Below are positions 1 to 12,063 of a stretch of 64,000 nt of DNA, in pieces. Source of the DNA: Octopus bimaculoides (taxonomy: Eukaryota). A program made the translations under genes and the position numbers. Where the stretch lies: the NCBI RefSeq assembly GCF_001194135.2, contig NC_068987.1:76905178-76969177 (forward strand), in the 5' to 3' direction. Within the stretch, counting starts at the first letter, position 1. Each line of letters opens with the position of its first letter. Under the pieces are notes generated by a model. It was not told the DNA's origin and ran no database searches. It saw only the letters and a program-made list of their open reading frames with translations.

Positions 1-489
1 CTTCGAGCTGGCTGGTACCCATTCTCCTTTGCTATCATGAAGCTTTTTTTGGAGCTGGATTTTCTATGGGAAGCATGCCCTTGCTTACCCCCAACCTCAG
101 TTTCTAGACATGAGTGGTCCTGTGATCAAGGCCTCTACCATGATTTTTAAGAAATGTGGAAAACTAGCTCAGGAAGGCAGAGACACTACTCCCTGAGACC
201 CCTTTTGGAACCCTCCTACCTAATTGGGCTTCATAAATTTGTAATCCCAGTGTCACTTGGACGGCATGCATTGCACTCTCACTCAATAATACTGGTTTCA
301 AATTCTGGTTGAGTTACCTTAGTTCACTGGTAGTGAACAGCTGACACCATATTACATCTCCAGCATTAGAAGCTGTGCAAAGGCAATGATAATGATAATA
401 ATAAGCTTTGTCAGAAATGGGAATTTGAAGATGGAAGAACATGGTATGATCATCAGGTCGAAATACTGCTGGAGAGAGAGAGATACAAA

Positions 490-950
490 ATTCTATGGGA
501 TTTTCCAATTCAAATGAATAAGAAGCTGGAAAATAATAGACCAGACATAATAATAGTCAAGGAGAAGCATAGTTGCTTGCTAATTGGCCCATCATGTTCG
601 TTAGCCTCTAGAATCATAAAGAAAGGGGATGATAAACAAAAACAATACAATTCCCTAAAATTTGAAATTGCAAGAATTTGGAATATGAAAACTGCTAAAG
701 CTATGTCTGTAATAATTGGTGGAATTGGGAACTGTAAGCAAAGATATAGACAAATGATTGAAGGAGATTGGAGCCAAATGTCCTGTAGAGCTTCTCCAGA
801 AAGTTTGCTTCTTGGGGACAGGAACGATTATCAGGAGGGTATTAAGCACTTGAAAGATTATTGAAAGCTTATGGATACCTAAGGTTACAGGTAGTAACCT
901 GCTACCCACATAAATTCTACCAGGAATAAGAACAAACCTGAGTCAAATCA
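490..950 (+). mobile_element. 3' fragment of an RLE-type non-LTR retrotransposon (R4/Dong-like), degraded
   Basis: ORF 514-864 reads NNRPDIIIVK...KQYNSLKFEIARIWNM...VIIGGIG, matching the RPD...KY..L..EI...W...IG.LG restriction-like endonuclease motif. It is followed by a short UTR and (TAA)n at about 950-1031. Confidence 0.75.
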
Positions 951-968
951 CTAATACTACTACTAATG

Positions 969-1031
<63 letters not shown>

Positions 1032-1033
<2 letters not shown>

Positions 1034-1276
1034 CCTTTCCACTGAAGGCATAAGGCCTTGAAATTTTGGGGGAGGAGACTAGTTAATTACATTGACCCCA
1101 GTACTCAACTAGTACTTAATCTATCGACCCTGAAATGATGAAAGGCAGAGTCGACCCCGGCAGAGTCGACCCCGGCAGAGTCGACCCCGGCAGAATTTGA
1201 ACTTTAGAACGTAAGGACGGATAAAATGCCAGTAAGCATTTTGCCCGATGTGCTAGTGATTCTGCCAGCTAGCCGC
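1032..1276 (-). mobile_element. tRNA-headed SINE family B
   Basis: The reverse strand reads GCGGCTAGCTGGCAGAA...GTTCTAAAGTTCAAATTC...GTCGAC...CTTTCATCATTTCAGGGTCGATAG..TAAGTAC, ending in (ATT)n. It matches many other copies in the window. Confidence 0.85.
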
Positions 1277-1292
1277 TTACTACTACTACTAA

Positions 1293-1336
<44 letters not shown>

Positions 1337-1689
1337 TATTATTATTATTATTGTTATTATCAGTAACAATGTACCAGTTAAATAGTGAGGGTAAACCAGA
1401 GAGTGACATAACTAATTATAATCTTCCACTTCTAAATTGAGCTGCCTTGCTTCTTCTTCTTGTTATTGTTGTTATTGGTGAAGTGAATGAAATAATGGAA
1501 TTGTGGGCTAGATGCATTCCTCTGTTTAGTTATGTATCTCTGGGATGTGAGTTCAAATCTTGTCAGAGTTAAGTTTGTCTGTTATTCATCTGGGAAAGGA
1601 TAAGGTATAAGTTGATTAGATAAGTGTCAGGTATTCTGGTGGGGTGGGGTGGGAGTTAATTTGATAGTTTGTATACTCATGAGCTTTGT

Positions 1690-1965
1690 GCTGGCGGTGG
1701 TGGTGAGAGCGATGTAGGAGGAGGAAGAAGAAGGAAGGAAGAGGAAGAAAAGAAAAGGAATGAGAAAATGGAGAGGGAGGGGAGGAGAATGAGAAGGAGG
1801 GGAGACAAAGAGTAGGAGGAGAAGAAGAGAATAAGGAGGAGTGAGGTAGAGGGGAAAATAAGTAAGATGTGGAGGAGGAGGGTGAATGGGTGAGAGGAGG
1901 AGAAGGAGAAAAAGAAGAAGCTAAGACTGTCACCACCACCATCACCATCACTGCTGTCATCACCA
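1690..1965. repeat. Purine-rich (GGA/GAA) low-complexity tract followed by (CAC/CAT)n
   Basis: Direct reading of the sequence. Confidence 0.9.
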
Positions 1966-2899
1966 TGGTGAATGAGAAATAGCAAATGCTTCAAGCATCC
2001 AGGAGAATTTAATGTGATGGTCTATGTGCGAGTGTTTGTGTTTCCTGGAAGTAATTGAAATAAACTCTGAAAAGTAAATTTTATATTCAGTGATTTCAGA
2101 GGGAGTTTTTCAATGTGTAATTCAATTTCTCCATATGCTCATCTTCCCCCTCCTCCTCCTCCTCCTCCTCCTCCTCCTTCTTCCACCTTCACTGCTTATT
2201 TCTGGTAGTAAAAGCAAATGTAATAAAGAGAAAAGCAATGAAACACACTGTAATCCTTGCATCAAATGTAATAATCACTTCAGCTTGCTAGCGTCATGTG
2301 GATCATTAATTCTCCTTTTCTGAAAAGCAAACAATACCTTTCATTTGTATCCCAACATGCTTTTGATATAGATTTAGTAGTGAGTGACTAGATGGAAATT
2401 TCCAGATCAAATGTAATCATATCGTTTGATTTTTAAGATTGGTTGTGTCAATTTTCAACAGACTATGTTCATCAGTGATTAACCAATCTATGGCAAGTAC
2501 AAAAGAGTTTTAGTGAATGAAAGTAACAGTGTTTGTTCAATATGACGGTATCACGGGAGAAATAAAAGTACGGAAAGAAATTTAAAAAATAATCGTAAAA
2601 AACGCTGGAATGCAAGTCTCATGGTGGTGTGGTGGATGGTGGGGGAGATATTGGTGGTGGTGGTGGTGGTGGAGGGATGGCAGATGGGTTAGTTTCCATT
2701 GAACCAATGTAACAGTATAATTTCAATGTCTAGTTGCAATCCATTTCACATAATTCTTGTCATCAGTGTCCTCTGAAAAAACTATGAATGTTCAACCTTT
2801 TTGTCTTTTGCTTTTTTAATTTTTAATTTTTTGTTTATTTATTTATTTTTTTTTTTTTCGACTTTTATACCACATGCCTACATGTGATATTATTAAAGG

Positions 2900-3125
2900 C
2901 CAGAGAGGCAACAAACTGGAGGATTCATTTAGAAAGTTGGACAAAATTCTAAGCAGTGTTTTTTCTGGCTATTTACGTTCTGAGTTCAAATTCCACTGAA
3001 ATCAGCTTTGCCTTTCATTCTTTCAGGGGTTGATAAAGTAAGTACCAATTGAGCACTGGGGTCAATTTAGTCGGCATACCCTACCCCTAAAATTGCTAGT
3101 CTTTTGCCAAAGTTTGAAGCCATTA
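2900..3125 (+). mobile_element. SINE family B, degraded
   Basis: TACGTTCTGAGTTCAAATTCC...CTTTGCCTTTCATTCTTTCAGGGGTTGATAAAGTAAGTACC core. Confidence 0.75.
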
Positions 3126-3213
3126 ATAACCCCCCCCCCAAAAAAAAATGGCAGTAAGCTGATAGAATCATTAGCATGCCGGATAAACTGCTTATCAACA
3201 TTTCATGCATACG

Positions 3214-3438
3214 TTCTTTCATTCTTTTATTCTTTTACTTGTTTCAGTCATTTTGATTGTGGCCATGCTGGAACACCGCCTTTAGTCGAACAAATCAACC
3301 CTAGGCCTTATTGTTTGTAAGCCTAGTACTTAGTCTATTGGTCTGTTTTGCCAAACCGCTAAGTTACAGGGATGTAAACACGCCAACATCAGTTGCCAAG
3401 TGATGCTGAGGAGACAAACACAGACACACAAATATACA

Positions 3439-3440
<2 letters not shown>
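3214..3440 (-). mobile_element. SINE family A, 3' half
   Basis: TTTTACTTGTTTCAGTCAT..GGCCATGCTGG..CCTAGTACTTA matches the reverse complement of the family A tail. Confidence 0.85.
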
Positions 3441-3478
<38 letters not shown>

Positions 3479-3480
<2 letters not shown>

Positions 3481-3875
3481 GAGAGATAAATTTTTTATTC
3501 TCAAACGCATGATAATGCTAATAAAATAGTGTGAACAGGATAAATTATCCATACATTGCAGAAAAATACGTTACCTGCCAGCCATGAGACATGAACTCAC
3601 ATCCCTGTAATTACGTGTCAAGTGCTTTACCATTAAGCTAAACTGCCCAGTAACAAATTCTTCTGCAATTTTAGAACTTATAAATTTAGCTTCATAAGAC
3701 GCTAATGATAAATTCAACTTACGATGAAAATAAACAAAGTTTGTTTTAGAAGTGTTGAGATGTATTGAAAGATAGAGAAATAAATTTTTTATTCTCAAAC
3801 GGATGATAATGCTAATAAATAGCATGATCAGGATAAATTGTCCATACATTGCTGCAAAATACATTACCAGCCAGC
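3479..3875 (-). repeat. Two diverged ~105-bp direct repeats (3479-3582, 3771-3875)
   Basis: ATAAATTTTTTATTCTCAAACG.ATGATAATGCTAATAAA...GGATAAATT.TCCATACATTGC...CCAGC occurs twice. Confidence 0.85.
3576..3647 (-). pseudogene. tRNA-Thr(CGT)-like pseudogene or SINE head
   Basis: The reverse strand reads GGCAGTTTAGCTTAATGGTAAAGCACTTGACACGTAATTACAGGGATGTGAGTTCATGTCTCATGGCTGGCA. It has an A box, a T stem GTGAG/CTCAT and CGT at the anticodon position. The acceptor and anticodon stems are damaged. Confidence 0.6.
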
Positions 3876-3919
3876 TATGTATATATAAATCACTATCAAA
3901 ATCAAATCAAATCAAATCA

Positions 3920-4105
3920 CCCCTGCAGGGGATGGTGGCAAACCCTGTTATACTCCTTTGCACCGACTTTCTCTCACTCTTTCTTCCTGTTTCTTGAGTA
4001 GCGTTGCGATGGACTGCCGTCCCGTACAGCTGGGGGGAACACATACACCATAGAAACCAAGAAACTGGGCCCACGAGCCTGGCTAAGCTTTAAAAGGGTG
4101 CATAA
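3920..4105 (+). mobile_element. SINE fragment joining a family D-type body to a family F-type tail
   Basis: GCAGGGGATGGTGGCAAACCCTG...CTTTCTCTCACTCTTTCTTCCTGTTTC (as at 25345-25412) runs into TGAGTAGCGTTGCGATGGACTG...GAGCCTGGCTAAGCTTTAAAAGGGTGCAT (as in the reverse complement of 46050-46155). Confidence 0.75.
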
Positions 4106-4116
4106 ATAAATAAAAA

Positions 4117-4170
4117 TGTGAATAAATCAACATTACATTTGACAGAATAATCTGAATGCTAAAGGGTTAA
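4117..4170. mobile_element. piggyBac-like MITE end
   Basis: Ends ...GACAGAATAATCTGAATGCTAAAGGGTTAA. The same TTAACCCTTTAGCATT terminus occurs at 23978, 24037 and about 24970. Confidence 0.6.
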
Positions 4171-5414
4171 ACGAACCATGACATGCTAAAAAGTCAACTT
4201 TAGCAAGGTTTGAACCTAGAGTATAGAGCACTGAAGCAAATACTGCTACAAAGCATCCTATCAGATGCTCTAACATCCCGGTTAATTTCCAACCTTACCA
4301 CACAGGTTTTACTCATGAACAAAGGCAGCAATTAAACATGTTATATATTTGAAAGCATGAGGGCTTCATAAGTTAGGTGGTGTTTTGTTTTGATAACGGG
4401 GCAAAAAAACTTAAAGATTTGATTCTATATTTAGGCTATTTTATTGGATCATTACTTCTCTTAGAAAAAGCATTGGAATCATACAAACATATTTATCCAC
4501 CCTTATATATTATCTGACACCTAATTTATGCAAGTTATCATTACTACCAACTTCATTGTCTGAAGTCACATTCAAGTTCAAATTTTTTAAGCAAACAGCC
4601 AATTAACAATGACATGCCGCAGTTTACTTCTTCTGGCATGTATGTGTGTTGTGTGTGTCTGGTGCTGGGGGGGGGGGGCTCAAGTGCATGTGTATATATG
4701 TGTGTGTGAACTACCCATATGCACTTCACAGTTGAGTGATTGACTTTTAAAAAGCATCTATTTGTGAAAGAGTTATTACAGATCAAGTCAAAAGGCTGAC
4801 GGCCTACTGGAGAGGGTAATTATCATTGCATTATTAATGCTGTGATCTATTCTGAGTGAAGGCTTTCCATATGCAATGACTCAGGTCATCTAATTGATAA
4901 TTAGTACAATGTGAAGGTACAGTTCTCTGCTACAGACAGCAGGGTAGGTTCAGACATTGCATAATTAATGACAACTTACTTGGATTGTATGCCTGAGCTG
5001 AAATGTTGCGATGGGCACTAGTTTGAAGAGAGATGGCTTCAATCCAGCTGATATGACTGACTTGAGAACATATAAGCCTAAAGTAACCTAATTTAGGAAA
5101 TATCTCACGTATAAGAACTGGTCCTTAGTCAACCTCAGCAGACCTATACTCTATACTCAAAAGCATTCTAACCATGATCATCCATCATTTTTTTCAGGCA
5201 TAGTATATCCCACAGGTTATCCAATGCATTCATTAAGGTGGTAGGTAGTCAGTAAAGAGATATTTGAGTGCTTCTCTAACAGCATAAGCAATAACATAGA
5301 GGTCCTCTCTTAAAATAGTTGATTGATGTGCACATAATTTGACTAGCGGTAAGTTTATGGAAACCAAAATCTGGTAATGTAGGCTTAATTCCAGGGTGAG
5401 ATATTTCTCTTCAC

Positions 5415-5600
5415 TTAAGCCTTCATCATCATCACCTTTTAGCATCAGTTTATGTTGGCATGGGTTAGATGTTCAACAGGATCTGATGAGATGGAGGACT
5501 GCACTGAGCTCTGATGTCTGTTTTGGTATAATTTTTTTGACTGAATGCCCTTCCCAATGCCAACCATTTTGCAGAAAGTGTTTGTGGTCAAAACCCAATA
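5415..5600 (-). mobile_element. RTE-tailed short element (family C), degraded
   Basis: CATCATCATC...TTATGTTGGCATGGGTTAGATG...ATGCCCTTCCCAATGCCAACCA. Confidence 0.6.
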
Positions 5601-5724
5601 TTACCAATTCATGAAAACATTATATATTTCAGAAAAATTAGAGTTAAAACCCTAAACCTTTTCAATTTCCAAATAGCCTCAGAACTGATGGTGGTATTAT
5701 TGTTCTTTAACTAGGCAGAATATA

Positions 5725-6165
5725 TCTTTTATCTTTTACTTGTTTCAGTCATTTGACTGCGGTCATGCTGGGGCAGCACCTGGAAGGGTTTAGTAAAAAA
5801 AAAAATCAACCCCAGTACTTTTATTTTATCAGTCACTTTTGCTCAATTGCTAATTTATAAGAATACAAACAAACCAACACCAGTTGTCAAGCAGTGAGTG
5901 AGATCACACACACACACGCATGCATGCACGCACGCATACTTGCATGCACACACACATGAGTGCATGCACATGCACACACATGCACACACATGCATACGCA
6001 CACACACACACACACATACAACAGTTTCCATGAATTAAATTCACTCTCAAAACATTGGTCAAGGCTATAGTGGAAGACACTTGCCCAAGGTACCACATAC
6101 CAAGACTGAACCTGAAACCATATGGTTCCAAAGTGAGCTTTCTAACAACCTAGCTATGCCCATTC
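5725..6165 (-). mobile_element. SINE family A
   Basis: Tail, internal (CA)/(TGCA) microsatellite and head ACACTTGCCCAAGGTACCAC...GACTGAACCTGAAACCATATGG. Confidence 0.8.
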
Positions 6166-7330
6166 CTATAATCATACCTGTTTAGAAAAACATTTCCAAA
6201 ACAATATTATCATTAAAAAAAAATTGAAGCCTTGATATGTTTTAAGATTATTAATGTTATAAACGCTTCCACATATTGAACTCTTTGGTAATAATGCTGT
6301 TTTCTATCATCATGGTATGCTCTATTATTCACTTCTTTCCTTCTCATTCAACATATCCAACAACCAAAAAATTAGGTGCCATTGTTTTGGTTATGTTTCC
6401 TGGTTTGAATGATTTGTTTCAGTGTTTACTCTGGCATATCGGAAAAATATTGAAACCAGAAAGTTCACATTTTTTAGTTATGATTACTAAACAAAATAAA
6501 AATTTTTTTAAATATTAGAATTTCTTTCTTTCTACAATTTTTTTTTTTTTTTTTTTCAGGAAATGAAGTGACTCTTAAGTCTCTCGTTCTATCTCTAATT
6601 CTATTGAACATGTCACATGCTAGATGAGCACTGGAGTTATAGACAAAATAAAGTAAATCAGTTATAGCAAAAATAGAAGTGATAGGAATGAGGTGTAGAA
6701 AGCAACATGGCTGTCCGATGATTTAGGAAGCAAGTTCAAATCCCAGGAAGTTCAATTTTGTCTTTCATCTTTTTTGAGTTGTTTAAAAACGTGGCCATCC
6801 CAGAGTAATAGATTGGCAGGACTGTGTGAACATTAAACCAGGTGCCTCATGATAATTGTTCAGCTCTTTGTATCATCCTGAGTTCAAATTTTAAGAAGGT
6901 CTAATTGAGCTCTAGTTTTGACCCATCGTCCAGTTTACAACCATCAAATAGCACTTTGGCTAACTTTAGCAGACCCCTATTTTGTTGCAAGCATTCAAGC
7001 CTTTAGGGGTCAGATCTCCAACTTGAGCATATCTTCCTCTTTTCCTCCCTTTGGCAGAAGCAGCGGCATAGTTTTATAGCTAGAGTGTGGGTTACTACTT
7101 GGATAACCCTTACGTTTGCTCACTACTACATACCCCATCTCTTCTACAGGCTTATAAACCTACCCAAATGTGCTGACCCCATAAAAGTGTTGCCCAGAAC
7201 AGACTGTCCCACCAACAACATCACACCCCTTCCAGCTAGGCTACTGCTTAGAGGTCCAGTGATGCATCATGGGTCTTGTATTCCTGCTTGATTAAGAAGA
7301 TAAAACAAGAAAATTGGTGATGATACATCA

Positions 7331-7407
<77 letters not shown>

Positions 7408-7529
7408 ATATGATTATATGTTTATATATTAATATGCATCTCTCTCTCCCTCTCTCTGTCACTCTTTCTCACTCTCTTACTCTCTATCTCTTTCTCTTTT
7501 TCTCTCTCTCTCTCTCTCTCTCACACAAT

Positions 7530-7564
<35 letters not shown>

Positions 7565-7638
7565 TTATATAACATTGAGAGAGAGATACACATGCTTATA
7601 TATACATAAATATCCAGATATTTACATATACATACATG

Positions 7639-8800
7639 ATTATCATCATCGTTTAACGTCTGTTTTCCATGCTGGCATGGGCTGGATGATTTGACTGAGT
7701 ACTGGCAAGCTAGTAGGCAGCATCCATTCTGAGATTGTAATAGATACTTTTTATGGCATGGGAGCCAGTCAGGCAGCACTGGCATCGACCACGTTCAGAT
7801 GGGGCTTTTTATGTTCTACCAGCACACAAGCCAGACGATGGGGCACTGACATCGACCATGCTTGGATGGTGCTTTTTATGTGCCACCAGTACAAGGATCC
7901 AGTGAGGCAACACTAGCGTTGACCCATGCTTGAATGGTGCTTATTACGTGCAACCAGCATGAGTACGAGTGAAGCAGCACTGACATCGGCCACGACTACG
8001 ATTTCCATTTTGATTTTGATTTTACTTGACTCAATAGGTCTTCTCAAGCACAGCGAATAACCCAACAATTCAAGGGTACTTCTAAATGGGCTGGTTATGC
8101 AACACTGGTATCAGCCACAGTTGTGATCTCACTTTACTTGCTGGGTCTTAAGCACAGCATATCTTCCAAAGGTCTTGGTCTCTTGTCATTGCCTCTGTGA
8201 GGCCCAACGTCTGACATTCATGCTTCCCCACCTCGACCCATGTCTTCTTGGATCTACCTCTTCCATGGGTTACTTCCACTGTTAGGATGTGATACTTATT
8301 CACACAACCCTCCTCACTCATACACAGCATGTGACAAAACCAGCACAGTCGACTCTCTTGCATACCATATCCGATGCTTCTTATGTCCAACATTTCTCTC
8401 AGGGCGCTTACATTCTGTCGTGTATGTACACTGATACTACACATTCAGCAGATCATACTAGCATCATTTCTTTCAAGCTTACATATGTCCTCAACAGTCA
8501 TGGCCCATGTTTCACTGCCACGTAGCATCATACAGTCTACCTTTCATTCTGAGCGAGAGGCCTTTGTTACCAGCAGAGGTGAACTTTGCCCAGCCTATTC
8601 TTATTCTAGTGGTTATGCTTTCAGAGCATCCACCCCAACTAGAGACTTGGTCACCTGGGTAGCGGAAGGTATCAACTACTTCTAGTTTCTCCCACTGGCA
8701 TGTGATGGAATCTGTTTTCTGCACATCTTTGGTGTTTATTACCCTTGTGCATCTGCCGCACACAAAAACTATCTTCCCAGTTGACTTTCCTTTGATATTG
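7639..8800 (-). mobile_element. RTE-clade LINE, 5'-truncated and frameshifted, with complete 3' UTR and (GAT)n tail
   Basis: Minus-strand ORF pieces EKLEVVDTFRYPGDQVSS.GGCSESITTRIRIGWAKF, KGLSLRMKGRLYDA and RLCWFCHML...GRGRSKKTW match the RTE reverse-transcriptase C-terminus. The end reads CCATGCCAGCATGGAAAACAGACGTTAAACGATGATGAT. Confidence 0.9.
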
Positions 8801-8824
8801 ATATACATACATACATACATACAT

Positions 8825-8900
<76 letters not shown>

Positions 8901-9439
8901 TCTTTCTTTTATTCTTTTATTTGTTTGTCATTTGACTGCAGCCATCCCGGAGCACCATATGCATATTATATACATAGATATTTCTAAGAGTATATATATA
9001 TTTCTAAATACCAATATACTTATCTTTCTATCTCTTTTTCTGTTTGCAAAATTATATATCTCTGTTACATCATCTCATCGAGTCATTCATGTATATACAT
9101 AGACAGAAACATGCTAATTTATGCATAAGATAATAGAGTAAGAATTGATGATGAGTACAACAATGATGGTGATGATGATTATTATTATTATAATCACAAT
9201 GTTATGAATATAAAACAATTTTAACAAAGAACAATGAACAACAACGACAACAACATTTTTTTAAAAAGCCAACACAGACCACAAACTGAATTAGAAAGTG
9301 AATTAGATCAATATTTCTAAAGCTTAGGTAAATATAAAGACAAACAAAGACAAGAAAAAAAACCCCAATTATTATTAAAAAAAAATAAACAAGGAAAATG
9401 CTAAAATTCTAACACAAAGAACAAATTTCAACAATGACA

Positions 9440-9456
9440 ACAGCAAATTAATAATG

Positions 9457-9514
<58 letters not shown>

Positions 9515-9819
9515 TGATGATGATGATGATATATATATGAATGTATATATATATGTATATATGTGTGTGTGTGTGTATGTGTGTGTATAAATATACATAT
9601 GTGTTTATATACGTACATGCATATACATACATATACATACACACACACATATATATAGACATATATATACATATATATACACATATATATATTGTATCCA
9701 TAATCATATACATGTGTATGTATCCATATATATATGTATGCATGTATATATGTATACATACATACATATAAATATATATATATGTATATACATACATATA
9801 AATATATATATATTATATA

Positions 9820-9856
<37 letters not shown>

Positions 9857-9858
9857 GC

Positions 9859-9923
<65 letters not shown>

Positions 9924-9965
9924 TGTGTGTGTATATGTGCAAATATATTTATATATATATATATT
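9440..9965. repeat. Compound microsatellite field (TAA)n(GAT)n(AT)n(GT)n(TATG)n
   Basis: Direct reading of the sequence. Confidence 0.95.
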
Positions 9966-10375
9966 ATATTTTTGTTTTATTTTAAAACAGAAGTGAAGTG
10001 GGAGTTTATTGATTTGCATAGTTAAACATTTTTATAGATTTTTAATTAACTCAGCACTTGGCACTTCTTTTGAAGTGGTCTTGGGACAAGTTGTCGAATT
10101 GATAATCTTCCATTAATACAGAATGAAAATTGCTGTATGTCAGGATATATTAAGTTTCAGGTCTTAGCTGCAGTTGTTATTCATTTCCATCTCTTCCTTT
10201 CACTCACACTCTCATGACTTCTTTCTCCCTCTTAATATGTACATGTGTGCATCTGCGCATGCGTGTGTGTGTGCACACATATATATGTATATATGTGTGC
10301 ATATTTACATACTAACACATATTAACACACTGAGACATGCATACATGCATATATACTCACACATCCACCACACAT

Positions 10376-10458
<83 letters not shown>

Positions 10459-11315
10459 NNNNNNNNNNNNNNNNNNNNNNNNNNNNNNNNNNNNNNNNNN
10501 NNNNNNNNNNNNNNNNNNNNNNNNNNNNNNNNNNNNNNNNNNNNNNNNNNNNNNNNNNNNNNNNNNNNNNNNNNNNNNNNNNNNNNNNNNNNNNNNNNNN
10601 NNNNNNNNNNNNNNNNNNNNNNNNNNNNNNNNNNNNNNNNNNNNNNNNNNNNNNNNNNNNNNNNNNNNNNNNNNNNNNNNNNNNNNNNNNNNNNNNNNNN
10701 NNNNNNNNNNNNNNNNNNNNNNNNNNNNNNNNNNNNNNNNNNNNNNNNNNNNNNNNNNNNNNNNNNNNNNNNNNNNNNNNNNNNNNNNNNNNNNNNNNNN
10801 NNNNNNNNNNNNNNNNNNNNNNNNNNNNNNNNNNNNNNNNNNNNNNNNNNNNNNNNNNNNNNNNNNNNNNNNNNNNNNNNNNNNNNNNNNNNNNNNNNNN
10901 NNNNNNNNNNNNNNNNNNNNNNNNNNNNNNNNNNNNNNNNNNNNNNNNNNNNNNNNNNNNNNNNNNNNNNNNNNNNNNNNNNNNNNNNNNNNNNNNNNNN
11001 NNNNNNNNNNNNNNNNNNNNNNNNNNNNNNNNNNNNNNNNNNNNNNNNNNNNNNNNNNNNNNNNNNNNNNNNNNNNNNNNNNNNNNNNNNNNNNNNNNNN
11101 NNNNNNNNNNNNNNNNNNNNNNNNNNNNNNNNNNNNNNNNNNNNNNNNNNNNNNNNNNNNNNNNNNNNNNNNNNNNNNNNNNNNNNNNNNNNNNNNNNNN
11201 NNNNNNNNNNNNNNNNNNNNNNNNNNNNNNNNNNNNNNNNNNNNNNNNNNNNNNNNNNNNNNNNNNNNNNNNNNNNNNNNNNNNNNNNNNNNNNNNNNNN
11301 NNNNNNNNNNNNNNN
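10459..11315. other. Assembly gap (largest of 15)
   Basis: N run. The others are 16104-16308, 20781-20880, 22608-22917, 27392-27424, 32200-32494, 34891-35362, 37560-38165, 42549-42953, 51909-51923, 57378-57630, 59391-59400, 59931-60695, 61328-61474 and 63267-63319. Most are flanked by microsatellites or SINEs. Confidence 1.
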
Positions 11316-11744
11316 CACACACACACATATATATTTATATATATACTTGCAAAAAGATGTGTGCGTTCGATCATATAATAATGTGCATGCGCACACACAT
11401 GCACACAAACATACAGATAGGCATACAGGCATGTATATATACACATATGCTATGTTTCTAAACATTGATCTTCTCAAAATTGCTGCAGTGCACATGGCCT
11501 GGACACAATGTTCTGGTTCATCTTACGTTAGATTAGCTTACAGCAATGAGGCATGGATGGGAATTTCCTGTCCGGGGAAACAATAACACTTTACATTACG
11601 TTTGTAACACATGCCATGGTAGGATTCTATCTCTGGTCACTTAGATCACTCCCTGTATCCATGCATTAATATTTATGTCTGATTTTCAATGCTAACGTGG
11701 GTTAAATGAATATATATTACTGTGGTATCATTTTATAACTAAAT

Positions 11745-12063
11745 CATCATCGTCATCATCATCGTTTAACGTCCGCTTTCCGTGCTAGTATGGGTTGGAT
11801 GATTTGTCTGAGGACTGGTGAACCAGATGGCTACACCAGACTCCAATCTGATTTGGCAGAGTTTCTACAGCTGGATGCCCTTCCTAATGCCAACCACTCA
11901 GAGAGTGTAGTGGGTGCTTTTATTTGCCACCAGCATGAAGGCCAGTCGGGCGGTACTGACAACGGCCACACTCAAAATGGTGTATTTTATGTGCCACCTG
12001 CACAGGAGCCAGTCCAGCGGCACTGGTAATGATCTGGCTCGAATGACTTTTCACGTGCCATTT
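11745..12063 (-). mobile_element. RTE-tailed short element (family C)
   Basis: CATCATCGTTTAACGTCCGCTTTCCGTGCTAGTATGGGTTGG...CTACAGCTGGATGCCCTTCCTAATGCCAACCACTC. Confidence 0.9.

Noticed and set aside
2723-2772. Minus-strand terminal-exon candidate EDTDDKNYVKWIATRH*
   Set aside because: It has an acceptor only, with no recognisable homology or partner exons.
5233-5445. Minus ORF ending EALKYLFTDYLPP
   Set aside because: Its start lies in a repeat, and it has no recognisable domain or splice support.
10174-11586. Long ORFs containing X runs (and equivalents at other gaps)
   Set aside because: They are open only because N runs contain no stop codons.
11790-12029. Recurrent peptide [22 protein letters not shown]
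   Set aside because: It is the antisense translation of the family C element.
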